Source: an uncultured bacterium (GTDB taxonomy: Bacteria > Desulfobacterota_D > UBA1144 > Nemesobacterales > UBA2774). Taken from it: a stretch of 64,000 bases of DNA. The notes below the pieces were generated by a model. The model was not told the origin of the DNA. It saw only the letters and a list, made by a program, of their open reading frames with translations, and searched no databases. The stretch lies in NCBI GenBank assembly GCA_963825135.1, contig CAWGRW010000009.1:2528001-2592000 (forward strand), in the 5' to 3' direction. Made by a program: the position numbers and the translations under genes. The stretch's first letter is position 1. Every line of letters starts with the position of its first letter. Below are positions 29,456 through 37,977 of the stretch, in pieces.

Positions 29456-29992
29456 ATGAATTCGAACATGCGCGGGGGATTGCCCTTTTACCTTTTTGCA
29501 CTGTCTTTATTGGGACTTTTGCTGATTCCGTCGTTCTATGACACCGCACTGGCACAGCCGGACTGCGGCATAACAATCTGTAAAAGCGCGCCCCAGCTGC
29601 CGGTGCCTCAATCCGAAGAAGAGTCGGTCTTCTTCCCGTTCTCCGAAATACGCGGACAGTCCGTTAACGACTTTTCCGTGGCAGCCAACGGAAGTTGTAC
29701 AGGGGGCGGCCTCGGTACCGGTGAGAGCGACGAGATTATCGAGGATCCCTTCGAAGGGTGGGAACTCGTAGATATCAATTGCGAGGGAGACCCGGGCATA
29801 GTTGTTACGCTCATCGAGAACGGCGTGAGCGCCCGTTGTGAGTCTCAAGGATTCACCACCTGCACATTCACGAACAGGAGACTTCCGGCGGTACCGACTC
29901 TCTCCGAATGGGGGATGATCGCGGCTGCGGGCGGACTCGCGCTCGTCGGCGTGTTCTTCGCGGTGAGGCGCAGGAGAGCGCAATCGGCGTAA
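29456..29992 (+). CDS. IPTL-CTERM sorting-domain surface protein (tandem paralog)
   Basis: Signal peptide, same 6-Cys pattern, VPTLSEWG-TM-RRRR. Confidence 0.9.
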   Translation: MNSNMRGGLPFYLFALSLLGLLLIPSFYDTALAQPDCGITICKSAPQLPVPQSEEESVFFPFSEIRGQSVNDFSVAANGSCTGGGLGTGESDEIIEDPFEGWELVDINCEGDPGIVVTLIENGVSARCESQGFTTCTFTNRRLPAVPTLSEWGMIAAAGGLALVGVFFAVRRRRAQSA

Positions 29993-30047
29993 TTGGTGAA
30001 TTAAAAGATGAGATCCTGAAATAAATTCAGAATGATTGAAAATTTGG

Positions 30048-30082
30048 AGCCTCTTCCTCCGAGCGGGGGAAGAGGCTTTTTT
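30048..30082 (+). terminator. Rho-independent terminator
   Basis: AGCCTCTTCCTCC/GGGGGAAGAGGCT hairpin plus T-run. Confidence 0.8.
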
Positions 30083-30083
30083 G

Positions 30084-30572
30084 TTACGACCAGGGCTCCC
30101 TGTAGTAGTAAACGAAGTTGGCGACCGACGGCCTCTCCGTCCAGCCGAGCTTCTTGTAGAAACCGGTCTTGTACGAGAGCTTCTCCCTGCCGTTCGTGAG
30201 CATGAGCCTCATGCAGCCCCTCCTATTACCCTCCTCCATGACGCGCTCGACGAGGGCCTTCCCGACCCCCATGCCGCCCGAGGCGGGGCTTACGAACACG
30301 TCCGAGACGTACCCCTCGAGGCTCCCGAGCATTATGAACGGGACCCAGTGGACGTTCAGAAAGCCTATGACGCTGTCATTCTCATCGGCGGCGACTATTA
30401 TAGAATGCCCCTCCCTGTCCCTCTCGCAGTGCTCGATGAGTTTTTCGATCGGCCCCGCGACCTCGTCCGGAGGAAGGGCGTTTCTCTTCTCCGACCACCC
30501 GATCTCCCTCAGTATCTCCGCCATGCGGACCGCGTCTTTAGTTCTTGCTTCACGGATTTTTACGTCTGGCAT
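30084..30572 (-). CDS. GNAT family N-acetyltransferase
   Basis: IREA...D, FVSPASGGMGVGKALV, FYKKLGW. Confidence 0.88.
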   Translation of the reverse strand: MPDVKIREARTKDAVRMAEILREIGWSEKRNALPPDEVAGPIEKLIEHCERDREGHSIIVAADENDSVIGFLNVHWVPFIMLGSLEGYVSDVFVSPASGGMGVGKALVERVMEEGNRRGCMRLMLTNGREKLSYKTGFYKKLGWTERPSVANFVYYYREPWS

Positions 30573-30712
30573 TTGCGTCTCCGGTCCCGGGTATTTTTGA
30601 TTTATATTAACATTAAAAATATGGAAGGGCGGGGATCGTGTGGTATTCTTGAATCATCCGCTCTGCCGGACCATCTAATCAATTACCGAATAGCATCCAG
30701 GAGGTATTACAT

Positions 30713-31327
30713 ATGAGAATCGCAAAAGGCATTTCGGCGCTGCTTGTCGCCGTAATCATGCTCACGCTCGCGGGCGTTAGGGAAACGCGCGCCGAGGCCG
30801 TGACATACGTGATCGACCCCGATCACTCGCAGGTCATATTCAAGGTCAAGCACATGGGGATAAGCACGGTCACAGGCAGGTTCGACCTGATGGAAGGCTC
30901 GTACACGTTCGACGACAAGGACATTAGTAAATCGAGCGTAGAGACGACTATCACCACGGCGAGCATCAATACGAACAAGCAGAAGAGGGACGACCACCTG
31001 AAATCCCCCGACTTCCTCGACGTCTCGAAGTACCCCGCTATCACGTTCAAGAGCAAGGAAGTGAAGAAAGGTAACGGGGACGAATTCACTATAATCGGAG
31101 ACCTCACTATAAACGGCGTTACGAAGCAGGTGGAGCTTGCGGCGGAGTACGGCGGCAAGGCCAAGGACCCGATGGGGAACGAGCGCACCGCGTTCACGGC
31201 GAAGACGAAAATAGACAGGAAGGACTACGGGATTACCTGGAACAAGACGCTCGACTCCGGAGGACTCGTAGTCGGGGACGACGTGAACATCGAGCTTGAT
31301 GTCGAGGGGATCAGGAAGAAGGGGTAG
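30713..31327 (+). CDS. yceI: YceI family periplasmic lipid/polyisoprenoid-binding protein
   Basis: Signal peptide, IDPDHS, KRDDHLKSPDF, GDLTINGVTK, IDRKDYG. Confidence 0.93.
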   Translation: MRIAKGISALLVAVIMLTLAGVRETRAEAVTYVIDPDHSQVIFKVKHMGISTVTGRFDLMEGSYTFDDKDISKSSVETTITTASINTNKQKRDDHLKSPDFLDVSKYPAITFKSKEVKKGNGDEFTIIGDLTINGVTKQVELAAEYGGKAKDPMGNERTAFTAKTKIDRKDYGITWNKTLDSGGLVVGDDVNIELDVEGIRKKG

Positions 31328-31361
31328 TAATAAATTTTAACTCCTAAGAATTTTAGACATC

Positions 31362-31708
31362 TGTAGGAGCGGGTTCCCGGGTCAAGTCCGGGACGGGCCA
31401 GCAGCGATTGATTTCGGAATCTGCCGCAGGAAGCCTGGAAAGCTAAATCCCCCTAAATCCCCTTTTTCCAAAGGGGGAAAATGTTTTAGTTCCCTCCTTA
31501 GAAAAAGGAGGGTTAGGGAGGATTTAAAAAATCACGCATACAATGAACGGGTGGTGAGTCACCGTGGACGTGCGGGCGTATAGCTCGTTCAATCCTTCGA
31601 CCCTCCGACAAGCTCAGGACAGGCGAGCTCAGGATAAACGGGCTGGCTTCTTTCGTTGGCGAAAGCAGAGGAGGATCGGAGAAATCGCGGAACACAATAT
31701 GTGTGTGC
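31362..31708. repeat. Intergenic mosaic of REP-like repeats
   Basis: TGTAGGAGCGGG unit containing a TCCCGGGTCAAGTCCGGGA hairpin; paired CCCCT/AGGGG and CCCTCCTT/AAGGAGGG units (31445-31525); nested TCCTTCGAC..GCTCAGGA units (31586-31641); stop-anchored 70-mer. Confidence 0.8.
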
Positions 31709-32449
31709 CTACTCGACCTTTATTTCCTCGTCCGTCCGGTCCTTGATTTCGGTTTCGGTTATGACGGCCGAGCCGGTCTCGCAGATTCCTTCGGGCTCAG
31801 GCGCGTTCCGTTTGACCTCGACCGCGGTTTCCTTAACCGAAATCTTTTCGAGGGCGAGCGAGGATTCGAGCTTCACGAGGTCTTCCGTGATGCATGTCCC
31901 GGCCCCTTCCCCGATCTTCCATTCGGTGCACTTCTCGCCGCCTACTGTCTTCTCCCCTACCCGCTTCGCGCCCATGTTGGTCATGAACTCCTCGGTGAAC
32001 TCCCTGGGGTCCTTGCCCTTGATGCGTTTGTAGATTTCGGGGAACATCGGGTTCCTGACCTTCGTCCCCGTGTTGTCGTCCAGGTTGATTTTGACGATCC
32101 ACTGCTCCCCGCCCGCGATGCTGGTTATCACCTTCTCGTTAATCTTTAGCGGGGGGCCGCCCGGAACCCTGACCTCGGAAACCTCGACCCAGCAGAGCTT
32201 CTTTCCCCAATCGCCCGAATATTCGGTCTTCTCGCCCGCGCTATTCCCCTCTATCCTGTATTTGACGGTGTAGCTCTCGAGCGGGTGGTACTTCTGCTCC
32301 TGGGCGTGGGAACCAGGAGCAGCCGAAAGGAGAAAAATTAAGGTAGAGATGTGGAAAATATATTTAATGTCATAGTTTAGAAATACATGACAACTATCTG
32401 TGTTTACTGTTAAATGAGGTAATAGATGTGATCTTCTTGTTGCTCTCAT
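31709..32449 (-). CDS. Hypothetical secreted protein (start uncertain, probably near 32373)
   Basis: Signal-peptide-like IKYIFHISTLIFLLSAAPGSHA followed by a beta-rich domain (GEKTVGGEKCTEW). The nearest ATG (32373) is out of frame, so an indel or non-ATG start is possible. Confidence 0.7.
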   Translation of the reverse strand: MRATRRSHLLPHLTVNTDSCHVFLNYDIKYIFHISTLIFLLSAAPGSHAQEQKYHPLESYTVKYRIEGNSAGEKTEYSGDWGKKLCWVEVSEVRVPGGPPLKINEKVITSIAGGEQWIVKINLDDNTGTKVRNPMFPEIYKRIKGKDPREFTEEFMTNMGAKRVGEKTVGGEKCTEWKIGEGAGTCITEDLVKLESSLALEKISVKETAVEVKRNAPEPEGICETGSAVITETEIKDRTDEEIKVE

Positions 32450-32461
32450 TCCATTCTTTGT

Positions 32462-32632
32462 TAAATCCCCCTTAATCTGGTTTCAAATACCCTGTCGCTT
32501 CGATCAAGGGATTTCTTTGCTTTTAATCATCTCCGACCAATTCCTCCGATTTGTCGGAATTGTTCCCCTTTTCCAAAGGGGGAAAGTAATTTTTGATTCC
32601 CTCCTTAGAAAAAGGAGGGGCAGGGAGGATTT
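32462..32632. repeat. CCCCT/AGGGG-type REP doublet carrying an 88-nt insert
   Basis: Matches the uninterrupted doublet at 31445-31525 except for insert 32477-32564; inverted homolog at 25071-25194. Confidence 0.85.
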
Positions 32633-32655
32633 TTATTTATATTTTTCTAGGCTAT

Positions 32656-33312
32656 TCAAAATTTCCTTATTTCGAGTGTGTTTATTTTATCGGTAATGTC
32701 GAGGAAGGCGTAGGAGCGCGTGCCGAGGGGGCCGGGATTGACGATTTTGGTCTCTCCAAGCGTATCGATTCCGGGGGCCTCGTGTATGTGTCCCGTGAAG
32801 CATACGAGAGGCTTGTGACGTTCTATGAATTCCCTCACAGTCCTGCTGCCCACGTGGGACCCGTTCGTGAGCGTGTCGCTGAGCGTGCCGTATGGCGGCT
32901 GGTGAGAGACAAGTATCCGGGGCGCCCCGTCCCCGGAACCGTCGAGCGAACCCTCGAATATCTCCGCGTATTCCTCCTCCGTGTAAACGTTCGGGGTCGG
33001 GCTCGGGCATGGGAGCGAGCCCCCCGCCCCGGTGATGGAAAGTCCCTTAATATCTACGGTCCTTCCGTGTATGTTAAGGCCCCTTGCGGAGAGGTATTCG
33101 TCCACCCCTTTCGTGTCGCAGTTCCCGGTTACGGCGAGTATGTTTCTATTATATTTCGCGACCGAGGATATAACATCTTCGGCGTCCCTGCCGTCCCCGA
33201 AATGGGTGAGGTCCCCGGAGATAATGACGAGGTCCACCGGGCAGAGCGCCGCGCCCAGGCCGTCTATCGGCGTCAGGTTCCCGTGTATGTCCACTATGTT
33301 GATAATCTTCAT
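32656..33312 (-). CDS. Calcineurin-like (Icc-related) metallophosphoesterase, cytoplasmic
   Basis: DIHG, SGDLT, GNCD, HQPP, GHIHE, NPG. Confidence 0.9.
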   Translation of the reverse strand: MKIINIVDIHGNLTPIDGLGAALCPVDLVIISGDLTHFGDGRDAEDVISSVAKYNRNILAVTGNCDTKGVDEYLSARGLNIHGRTVDIKGLSITGAGGSLPCPSPTPNVYTEEEYAEIFEGSLDGSGDGAPRILVSHQPPYGTLSDTLTNGSHVGSRTVREFIERHKPLVCFTGHIHEAPGIDTLGETKIVNPGPLGTRSYAFLDITDKINTLEIRKF

Positions 33313-33323
33313 TACTCGTGCAA

Positions 33324-33929
33324 TCAGTTACGGGTGATGACCCCTTCTTCGGTGATAGCTTCGCCTACAAGCTGTTCGTTGAACTGGGCGCCGTACTGCC
33401 TCAGCATCCAGAGCTCGGGGATTATCTCACCGACTATGCCTCCGTTGTCGAACACCCGCACCATCGAGCTCTCGGAGACGACCACGGCTACGGCGCTCGT
33501 TGTCTTCGTTATGGACGCAGCGGCCATGTGCCTGCTCCCGAGGCCGAGCGGCAGGTCGAGCCCTTCCGACGTGGCGTCTATGTATCGGCATGCGGAAAGC
33601 ACTACGCCGCTGTCGGTAATTATGAACGCGCCGTCTAACTGGGCGAGCTCCTTTAAGGTCTCGCGCATTCCGGGGTCGTCGATCCGCTTCGCGGTATCGG
33701 GATGGCCGTATAGCGGGTCGAGTATCATGGGGCGGGAGCGTTTGAGCGTGGAATCGGTGTCCGCTATTACGAACATGGTCCCTATCTTTCTGCCTTCCCT
33801 CCCCTCCCTGGCTATCTCCATTGCCAGGTTGAGCACGCTTTTCAAATTCTCGGGATCGACCTTGCGCTCCGGGCAGCATATGCCCGAAACGAGCCTTCTG
33901 TGAGCTTCTATCCTCTTCACGATGTCCAT
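33324..33929 (-). CDS. Stand-alone diadenylate cyclase (DAC/DisA_N domain, DacZ-like)
   Basis: EIAREGREG, LDGAFII, GLGSRHMAA, VVSES. Confidence 0.88.
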   Translation of the reverse strand: MDIVKRIEAHRRLVSGICCPERKVDPENLKSVLNLAMEIAREGREGRKIGTMFVIADTDSTLKRSRPMILDPLYGHPDTAKRIDDPGMRETLKELAQLDGAFIITDSGVVLSACRYIDATSEGLDLPLGLGSRHMAAASITKTTSAVAVVVSESSMVRVFDNGGIVGEIIPELWMLRQYGAQFNEQLVGEAITEEGVITRN

Positions 33930-34059
33930 GTGTTTACGCCTCTCGTTCTATCTAGATTAATATAACCGATAATGGATTCACGCGCCCGTGCGCACGGACA
34001 ATGTCCGCCGATAATCGATACTTCCGTTACCCGCGCGCCAGGCTGACAAACATAGCCCG

Positions 34060-34218
34060 ACCCGTTCGTCCTGAGCCCACCTGTCCTCGGGCGCAGAACC
34101 TGCGCTCGTATACGGTCCCTTTGTTGCTCTTCGGCTTTAGTCAGATAAAGGAGCCAGGTTTATCCTGAACTGCACGCCTGTCCTGAGCTTGTCGATGGGG
34201 TCGAAGGATTGAACGGGT
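34060..34218. repeat. Nested GTCCTGAGC..GTCGAAGGA REP-like units
   Basis: CCCGTTCGTCCTGAGC...TTTATCCTGAAC...CTGTCCTGAGCTTGTCGATGGGGTCGAAGGATTGAACGGG; homologous to 19463 and 31586. Confidence 0.75.
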
Positions 34219-34349
34219 CATATTCCCGTATGTCAGCGGCGACTCGCCGTTTTTGGTGTTATGTTTTAATGTGCGGATCCCGGCCGTGAACTCTGGCGTG
34301 TTCCGGCTTCGAGGAGCTGCTAATCAAGATACACCGGAGATAAAAACAT

Positions 34350-36044
34350 ATGAGCGCGGACAATCACGTTACCGTAGGGTCGTACGTTGCGTCGAGGCTT
34401 TCGGAGGCGGGAGTAAGACATTACTTCGCCGTACCGGGAGACTATAACCTCATACTACTCGACGAGTTTTTGAAGAACGGGGATTTGAGGATGATAAGCT
34501 GCTGCAACGAGCTCAACGCCGGGTACGCCGCAGACGGGTACGCGAGGGCAAACGGAGTCGCGGCGCAGGTGGTCACTTTCTCGGTGGGAGGCCTGAGCGC
34601 CCTGAACGCGATCGCGGGGGCTTACGCCGAGGACCTGTCCGTGCTCATCATATCGGGCGGCCCGAACACGAATTCCGAAATGGAGAACCAGATATTACAC
34701 CACACCTGCGGCGAGGTGCACTACGGGTATCAGAGGGACATATTCTCCCATACCACGGCCATGTCGGTTATAGTGAGGCACCTGGGGGACGCGCCTTATC
34801 TGATAGACAAGGCGATAGAGGAGTGCGTCTTCAGGAAAAAGCCCGTGTACCTCGAGATTCCCTGCAACCTGGCCGGGCTCATGGTCCCCCCTCCCAACAG
34901 AAAGTATTTCGCCAAAGACCCCGTTAGCCATCCGGAGGCGCTCGAGGAGGCCGTAGAGAGGACCGCAGGGCTGCTTGGCTCGGCCGCGAAGACCGTGCTC
35001 GTGGCCGGGGCGAAGCTCCGCGCTTTCGGTGCGGCTGACGCTTTCAGAAAGCTCGTGGACGCGTCTCGCTGCGCGGTCGCCTCGATGCCCGAGGCAAAGG
35101 GAATAGTCCCCGAGGGACACCCCTGCTATATCGGCACGTACTGGGGACCCGTGAGCAGCCCGGGTACGGCGGAGATAGTGGAATCCGCGAACATGTACCT
35201 CTTCGCGGGGCCCGTGTTTACCGACTATACGACGTGCGGGTTCTCGGCGCTGATTAAACCGGAGAAGCTCATACACGCGGGGCCCGATTTCGTAAAGCTC
35301 CCCGGCGTCACGTACAACGATATAGCGCTTTCGGATTTCCTCGAGGCGCTCGCAAAGAAGATAAAGCCCAACGACGCCTCCCTCGCTGCCTATAAACGCA
35401 TACGTGTCGAGCTCGCGCCCGAGCCGCCCCTGAAGAAGGAAGCCCCTATAACGACGAGGAGGCTATTCTCCCGCGTTCAGGAGGTCCTCACACCCGGCAG
35501 CGCGGTTATAGCCGAGACGGGGGACTCCTGGTTTAACGCCATAAAGCTCAGGCTCCCCGAGGGGTGCGGCTTCGAGATACAGATGCAGTACGGCTCTATC
35601 GGATGGTCTCTGGGAGCGACCCTCGGCTATGCCCTTGGGAGCCCGGACAAAAAGCGCGTCCTCACGTTCGTCGGCGACGGCTCGTTCCAGCTCACGGCCC
35701 AGGAGCTATCGACGATGATACGCTACGGGCTCAACCCCATAATATTTCTCATCAACAACGGCGGCTACACGATAGAGGTCGAGATACACGACGGCCCCTA
35801 CAACAATATCAAGAACTGGGACTATGCGGGGCTGGTTGACGTATTCAACGCCGGGGAAGGGAACGGGTTCGGCGTGAGGGTCAGGACAGAGGGTGAGCTC
35901 GATGAGGCGGTAAAGAAGGCCCTCTCCCACGACGGGCTCTCTCTCATAGAGGTAATCATAGACAGGGACGACTGCAGTAAGGAATTGCTCGAATGGGGGA
36001 GCAGGGTCTCCGCGAACAACGGACGCCCCCCGATGTGCGGGTGA
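34350..36044 (+). CDS. pdc: Pyruvate decarboxylase (ThDP-dependent 2-oxo acid decarboxylase)
   Basis: [30 protein letters not shown]...[25 protein letters not shown]-terminal [14 protein letters not shown]. Confidence 0.88.
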   Translation: MSADNHVTVGSYVASRLSEAGVRHYFAVPGDYNLILLDEFLKNGDLRMISCCNELNAGYAADGYARANGVAAQVVTFSVGGLSALNAIAGAYAEDLSVLIISGGPNTNSEMENQILHHTCGEVHYGYQRDIFSHTTAMSVIVRHLGDAPYLIDKAIEECVFRKKPVYLEIPCNLAGLMVPPPNRKYFAKDPVSHPEALEEAVERTAGLLGSAAKTVLVAGAKLRAFGAADAFRKLVDASRCAVASMPEAKGIVPEGHPCYIGTYWGPVSSPGTAEIVESANMYLFAGPVFTDYTTCGFSALIKPEKLIHAGPDFVKLPGVTYNDIALSDFLEALAKKIKPNDASLAAYKRIRVELAPEPPLKKEAPITTRRLFSRVQEVLTPGSAVIAETGDSWFNAIKLRLPEGCGFEIQMQYGSIGWSLGATLGYALGSPDKKRVLTFVGDGSFQLTAQELSTMIRYGLNPIIFLINNGGYTIEVEIHDGPYNNIKNWDYAGLVDVFNAGEGNGFGVRVRTEGELDEAVKKALSHDGLSLIEVIIDRDDCSKELLEWGSRVSANNGRPPMCG

Positions 36045-36115
36045 TGTTCTTGTTTTTCTTCGCGCCGGTATGGCGCTTCTATTGATATTAGATATATTAC
36101 GAATAGAGAACATCT

Positions 36116-36850
36116 ATGTCTGAAAAGGTTGCTCTTATAACGGGCGGGGCGAAGGGGATAGGGAGGGAGATCGCCCTTGCCCTTGCGGATAGAGGATGGT
36201 CCGTCGCCGTCTGTTACAGGAAGAGCAAAAAAGAAGCAACCGAAACAGTGAAGGACATAGAGTCCCGCGGGGCAAGGGGCATGCATTATAAAACGGACGT
36301 GTCTAACCCGGCGTCCGCCGTTGACCTCGTGAGGAAGGTCGAGGCCGAGTTCGGGAGGATAGACGCGCTCATCAACTGCGCCGGCCCCTATCACCGTATT
36401 AACTTGCTGAAGGAATCCGTCGAGGGCTGGCACGAGATGTTCGACAACAACCTCCACCCGGTGTTCTACCTCTCCCGCACCGTCGCGGAAGGTATGAAGA
36501 CCCGCGGCTGGGGGCGCATAATCAACTTCGGCATGGCGAACGCCGATAAGCTGAGCGCCCAGACCGAGATAACGGCGCATTACATTGCAAAGGCGGGGGT
36601 GCTGATACTCACCCGATCCCTCGCACGTCTCCTCGCGCCCCACGGCATTACCGTGAACTCCATATCCCCGGGGTTCATCGAGTCGGGCAGCGCCACCATG
36701 GAAGAGCTTCAAAATATGGTAAAGACGATCCCCGCCGGATACATAGGGAGCACAAAGGACGCGGTCGATGCCGCGTTGTTCCTCCTGTCCGACGAGGCCC
36801 GTTACGTGAACGGCGCGAACATACACCTGAGCGGCGGGTGGGGGCTCTGA
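36116..36850 (+). CDS. SDR oxidoreductase (pteridine reductase/TmpR-like)
   Basis: TGGAKGIG, YIAK (YxxxK), NSISPG, LSGGW. Confidence 0.85.
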   Translation: MSEKVALITGGAKGIGREIALALADRGWSVAVCYRKSKKEATETVKDIESRGARGMHYKTDVSNPASAVDLVRKVEAEFGRIDALINCAGPYHRINLLKESVEGWHEMFDNNLHPVFYLSRTVAEGMKTRGWGRIINFGMANADKLSAQTEITAHYIAKAGVLILTRSLARLLAPHGITVNSISPGFIESGSATMEELQNMVKTIPAGYIGSTKDAVDAALFLLSDEARYVNGANIHLSGGWGL

Positions 36851-36925
36851 GCCGCGTTCCGTCATTTTAACGCACTCCGCGCAGGCTGGATTTACGCGCG
36901 GCGTTAGTTATAATCAATTCACCCC

Positions 36926-37948
36926 ATGGATACCGGATTACTTAAGAAACTCTGCGAAGCTCCCGGGCTGCCGGGACACGAAGGACCAGTCAAGGAAATC
37001 ATAAAAGAGCTGTTCTCCGAATTCACGGACGAGATCAAAGAGGACGCGCTGGGCAACATCATAGCCCACGTGCCCGGCAAGGGGCCGAGGCTCGTCATCG
37101 ACGCCCATACGGACGAAGTCGGGTTCATGGTGAGCCATATAGACGGCAAGGGGTTCCTCCATGTGATCCCGTTAGGCGGCATGGACCCCAGGGTCTTTTA
37201 CGCGCAGAGGATAACCGTGTGGGGACGGAGGGCCGTCACCGGCACTGTAGCCGCGATACCCCCTCACGTAAGCAGGAACGCGAACAACAAGGAAGCGCCC
37301 GAGGTCGAGGACTGCGTCGTCGATCTGGGCCTATCAGCAGAGAAGGTGAAGGATATCGTCAGGGTCGGGGACGTGGCCTCGTTCTGCTACCCCTTCGAGG
37401 AGACTGAAGACGCGTTTATATCCAAGGCGATAGACGACAGGGTTGGCTTATTTGTAATGGTAGAAGCCCTCAGAAGAAAGCCAAGGCAGTCCTGCGACCT
37501 CTATCTCACCGCTTCGTGTCAGGAGGAGGTGGGACTCAGGGGCGCGCACGTGATAGTGCCCGCAATCGAGCCCGATTTCGCGATCGCCATAGAAGGGACG
37601 GTCGCCATGGACGTGCCGGGGATACCGGATTACAAGACCCTCGCCAACACCGGGAAGGGGCCCGAGGTCAGGCTCTCGGACAGGTTCCTCGTAGCCCACA
37701 GGCCCTTCAGCGACTTTATCATGAAAACGGCCGAGGAGGCGAAGATCCCTTACCAGATCACGGTGAAGAAGGCCGGGTCCACTAACGCCACGGCGATGCA
37801 GGTCACGGGAAAGGGCACCCGCGCCGCGTCCGTATCCGTGCCCGTAAGATACCTCCACAGCCCGAGCTGCCTCGCGTTTAAATCCGACATCGGGCACACT
37901 ATCGACCTCATCCGCGCGGTCATCGAAAATATCGGGCATTTTGGGTAG
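36926..37948 (+). CDS. M42 family metallo-aminopeptidase
   Basis: AHTDEVG, KAIDDRVG, QEEVGLRGA, RYLHSP. Confidence 0.92.
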   Translation: MDTGLLKKLCEAPGLPGHEGPVKEIIKELFSEFTDEIKEDALGNIIAHVPGKGPRLVIDAHTDEVGFMVSHIDGKGFLHVIPLGGMDPRVFYAQRITVWGRRAVTGTVAAIPPHVSRNANNKEAPEVEDCVVDLGLSAEKVKDIVRVGDVASFCYPFEETEDAFISKAIDDRVGLFVMVEALRRKPRQSCDLYLTASCQEEVGLRGAHVIVPAIEPDFAIAIEGTVAMDVPGIPDYKTLANTGKGPEVRLSDRFLVAHRPFSDFIMKTAEEAKIPYQITVKKAGSTNATAMQVTGKGTRAASVSVPVRYLHSPSCLAFKSDIGHTIDLIRAVIENIGHFG

Positions 37949-37977
37949 TCCCCCTCTCTCTGATACACTTATTCCGA

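Noticed and set aside
15544..32655. Short ORFs inside repeat mosaics (15544..15726, 19724..19978, 24942..25133, 29269..29541, 31513..31746)
   Set aside because: They are translations of palindromic repeats and terminators, with no coding signal.
34081..34156. Two-hairpin segment inside the REP at 34060 as a further 88-nt insert
   Set aside because: It is shorter and lacks the 7-bp stem plus TT terminus, so it was not counted in that family, although a relationship is not excluded.
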